Shown in pieces: positions 6,141 to 6,630 of a stretch of DNA of 6,630 nucleotides. The notes under the pieces are model-generated. The model was not told where the DNA came from, ran no database searches, and was given only the letters and a program-made list of their open reading frames with translations. The DNA lies in contig NW_021829220.1 of NCBI RefSeq assembly GCF_006345805.1, forward strand, positions 1 through 6,630, given 5' to 3'. The stretch's first letter is position 1. Every line of letters starts with the position of its first letter. The position numbers and the translations under genes were made by a program. Source of the DNA: Octopus sinensis. Its lineage: Eukaryota.

Positions 6141-6630
6141 ACTTAATGGTGACAGGGGACAATAAATGGATCGTCTATAAAAATGTGAAGTGCAAGCGAT
6201 CATGGGGATAACGCGACGAACAATCATAAACAACTTCCAAAGCAGGACTTCACCCATAAAGGTAGGAGTTGATTTTACAAGCTCCTTCCCACGGACAGGG
6301 CCATTAATTTGGATGTATACTGTGACCAGCTGGACAAATTAAACACACCGATCCACAAGATGCGTCCAGCACTTGCTAATCGTAAGACTATTGTCTACCA
6401 TCGCGTCAATGCCAGACCGCACACTTCTTTGCAAACGCGGCAAAAGTTACAAGGGTTGGCTGGAGAGTTTTGCCGCGCCCTTCCATATTTACCCTACCTT
6501 CTGCCTTCAGATTTCCACCTATTTCGGTTTGTCCCAAAATTAATTGAATGGAAAGACCTTCAACTTTGAAGAGGCCGAGTAAATTTATCTGCAAGAGTTT
6601 CTCACCAGTAAAGATATTCTTTGAAATTCT
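6140..6630 (+). mobile_element. Mariner transposase pseudogene fragment (catalytic domain), continuing past the window end
   Basis: MVTGDNKWIVYKNVKCKRSWG has D1 at 6158-6160, followed by TTSKAGLHP and DVYCDQLDKLN. YHRVNARPHTS has the D2 codon changed to GTC at 6405-6407. PSDFHLF has D3 at 6510-6512. D2 to D3 is 105 nt, i.e. the D34D spacing diagnostic of mariner. There are stops, frameshifts and a deletion of the WWD motif region. Confidence 0.95.

Overview
AT-rich, microsatellite-dense eukaryotic DNA that is non-coding or intronic, with no intact protein-coding gene. The tRNA-derived SINE families look like those I recall from Octopus/cephalopod genomes (from memory, not verified). The window is a mosaic of mobile-element debris: five minus-strand tRNA-SINE copies (one intact with a perfect 15-bp TSD), a frameshifted non-LTR retrotransposon RT fragment (~1056-2585, R4/Dong-like), a mariner D34D transposase relic (~6140 to window end), a possible decayed Penelope-like fragment (~5790-6140), and three inverted-repeat elements (3547-3920, 4118-4318, 4727-4883). 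The most notable signal is two minimal type I hammerhead-ribozyme folds. One at 5289-5368 (+) has a U3-A8 core instead of the usual C3-G8 and a self-complementary stem III of the dimer-cleaving type. A decayed one at 3680-3746 (-) lies in the centre of a 374-bp inverted-repeat element. All folds and alignments were done by eye.
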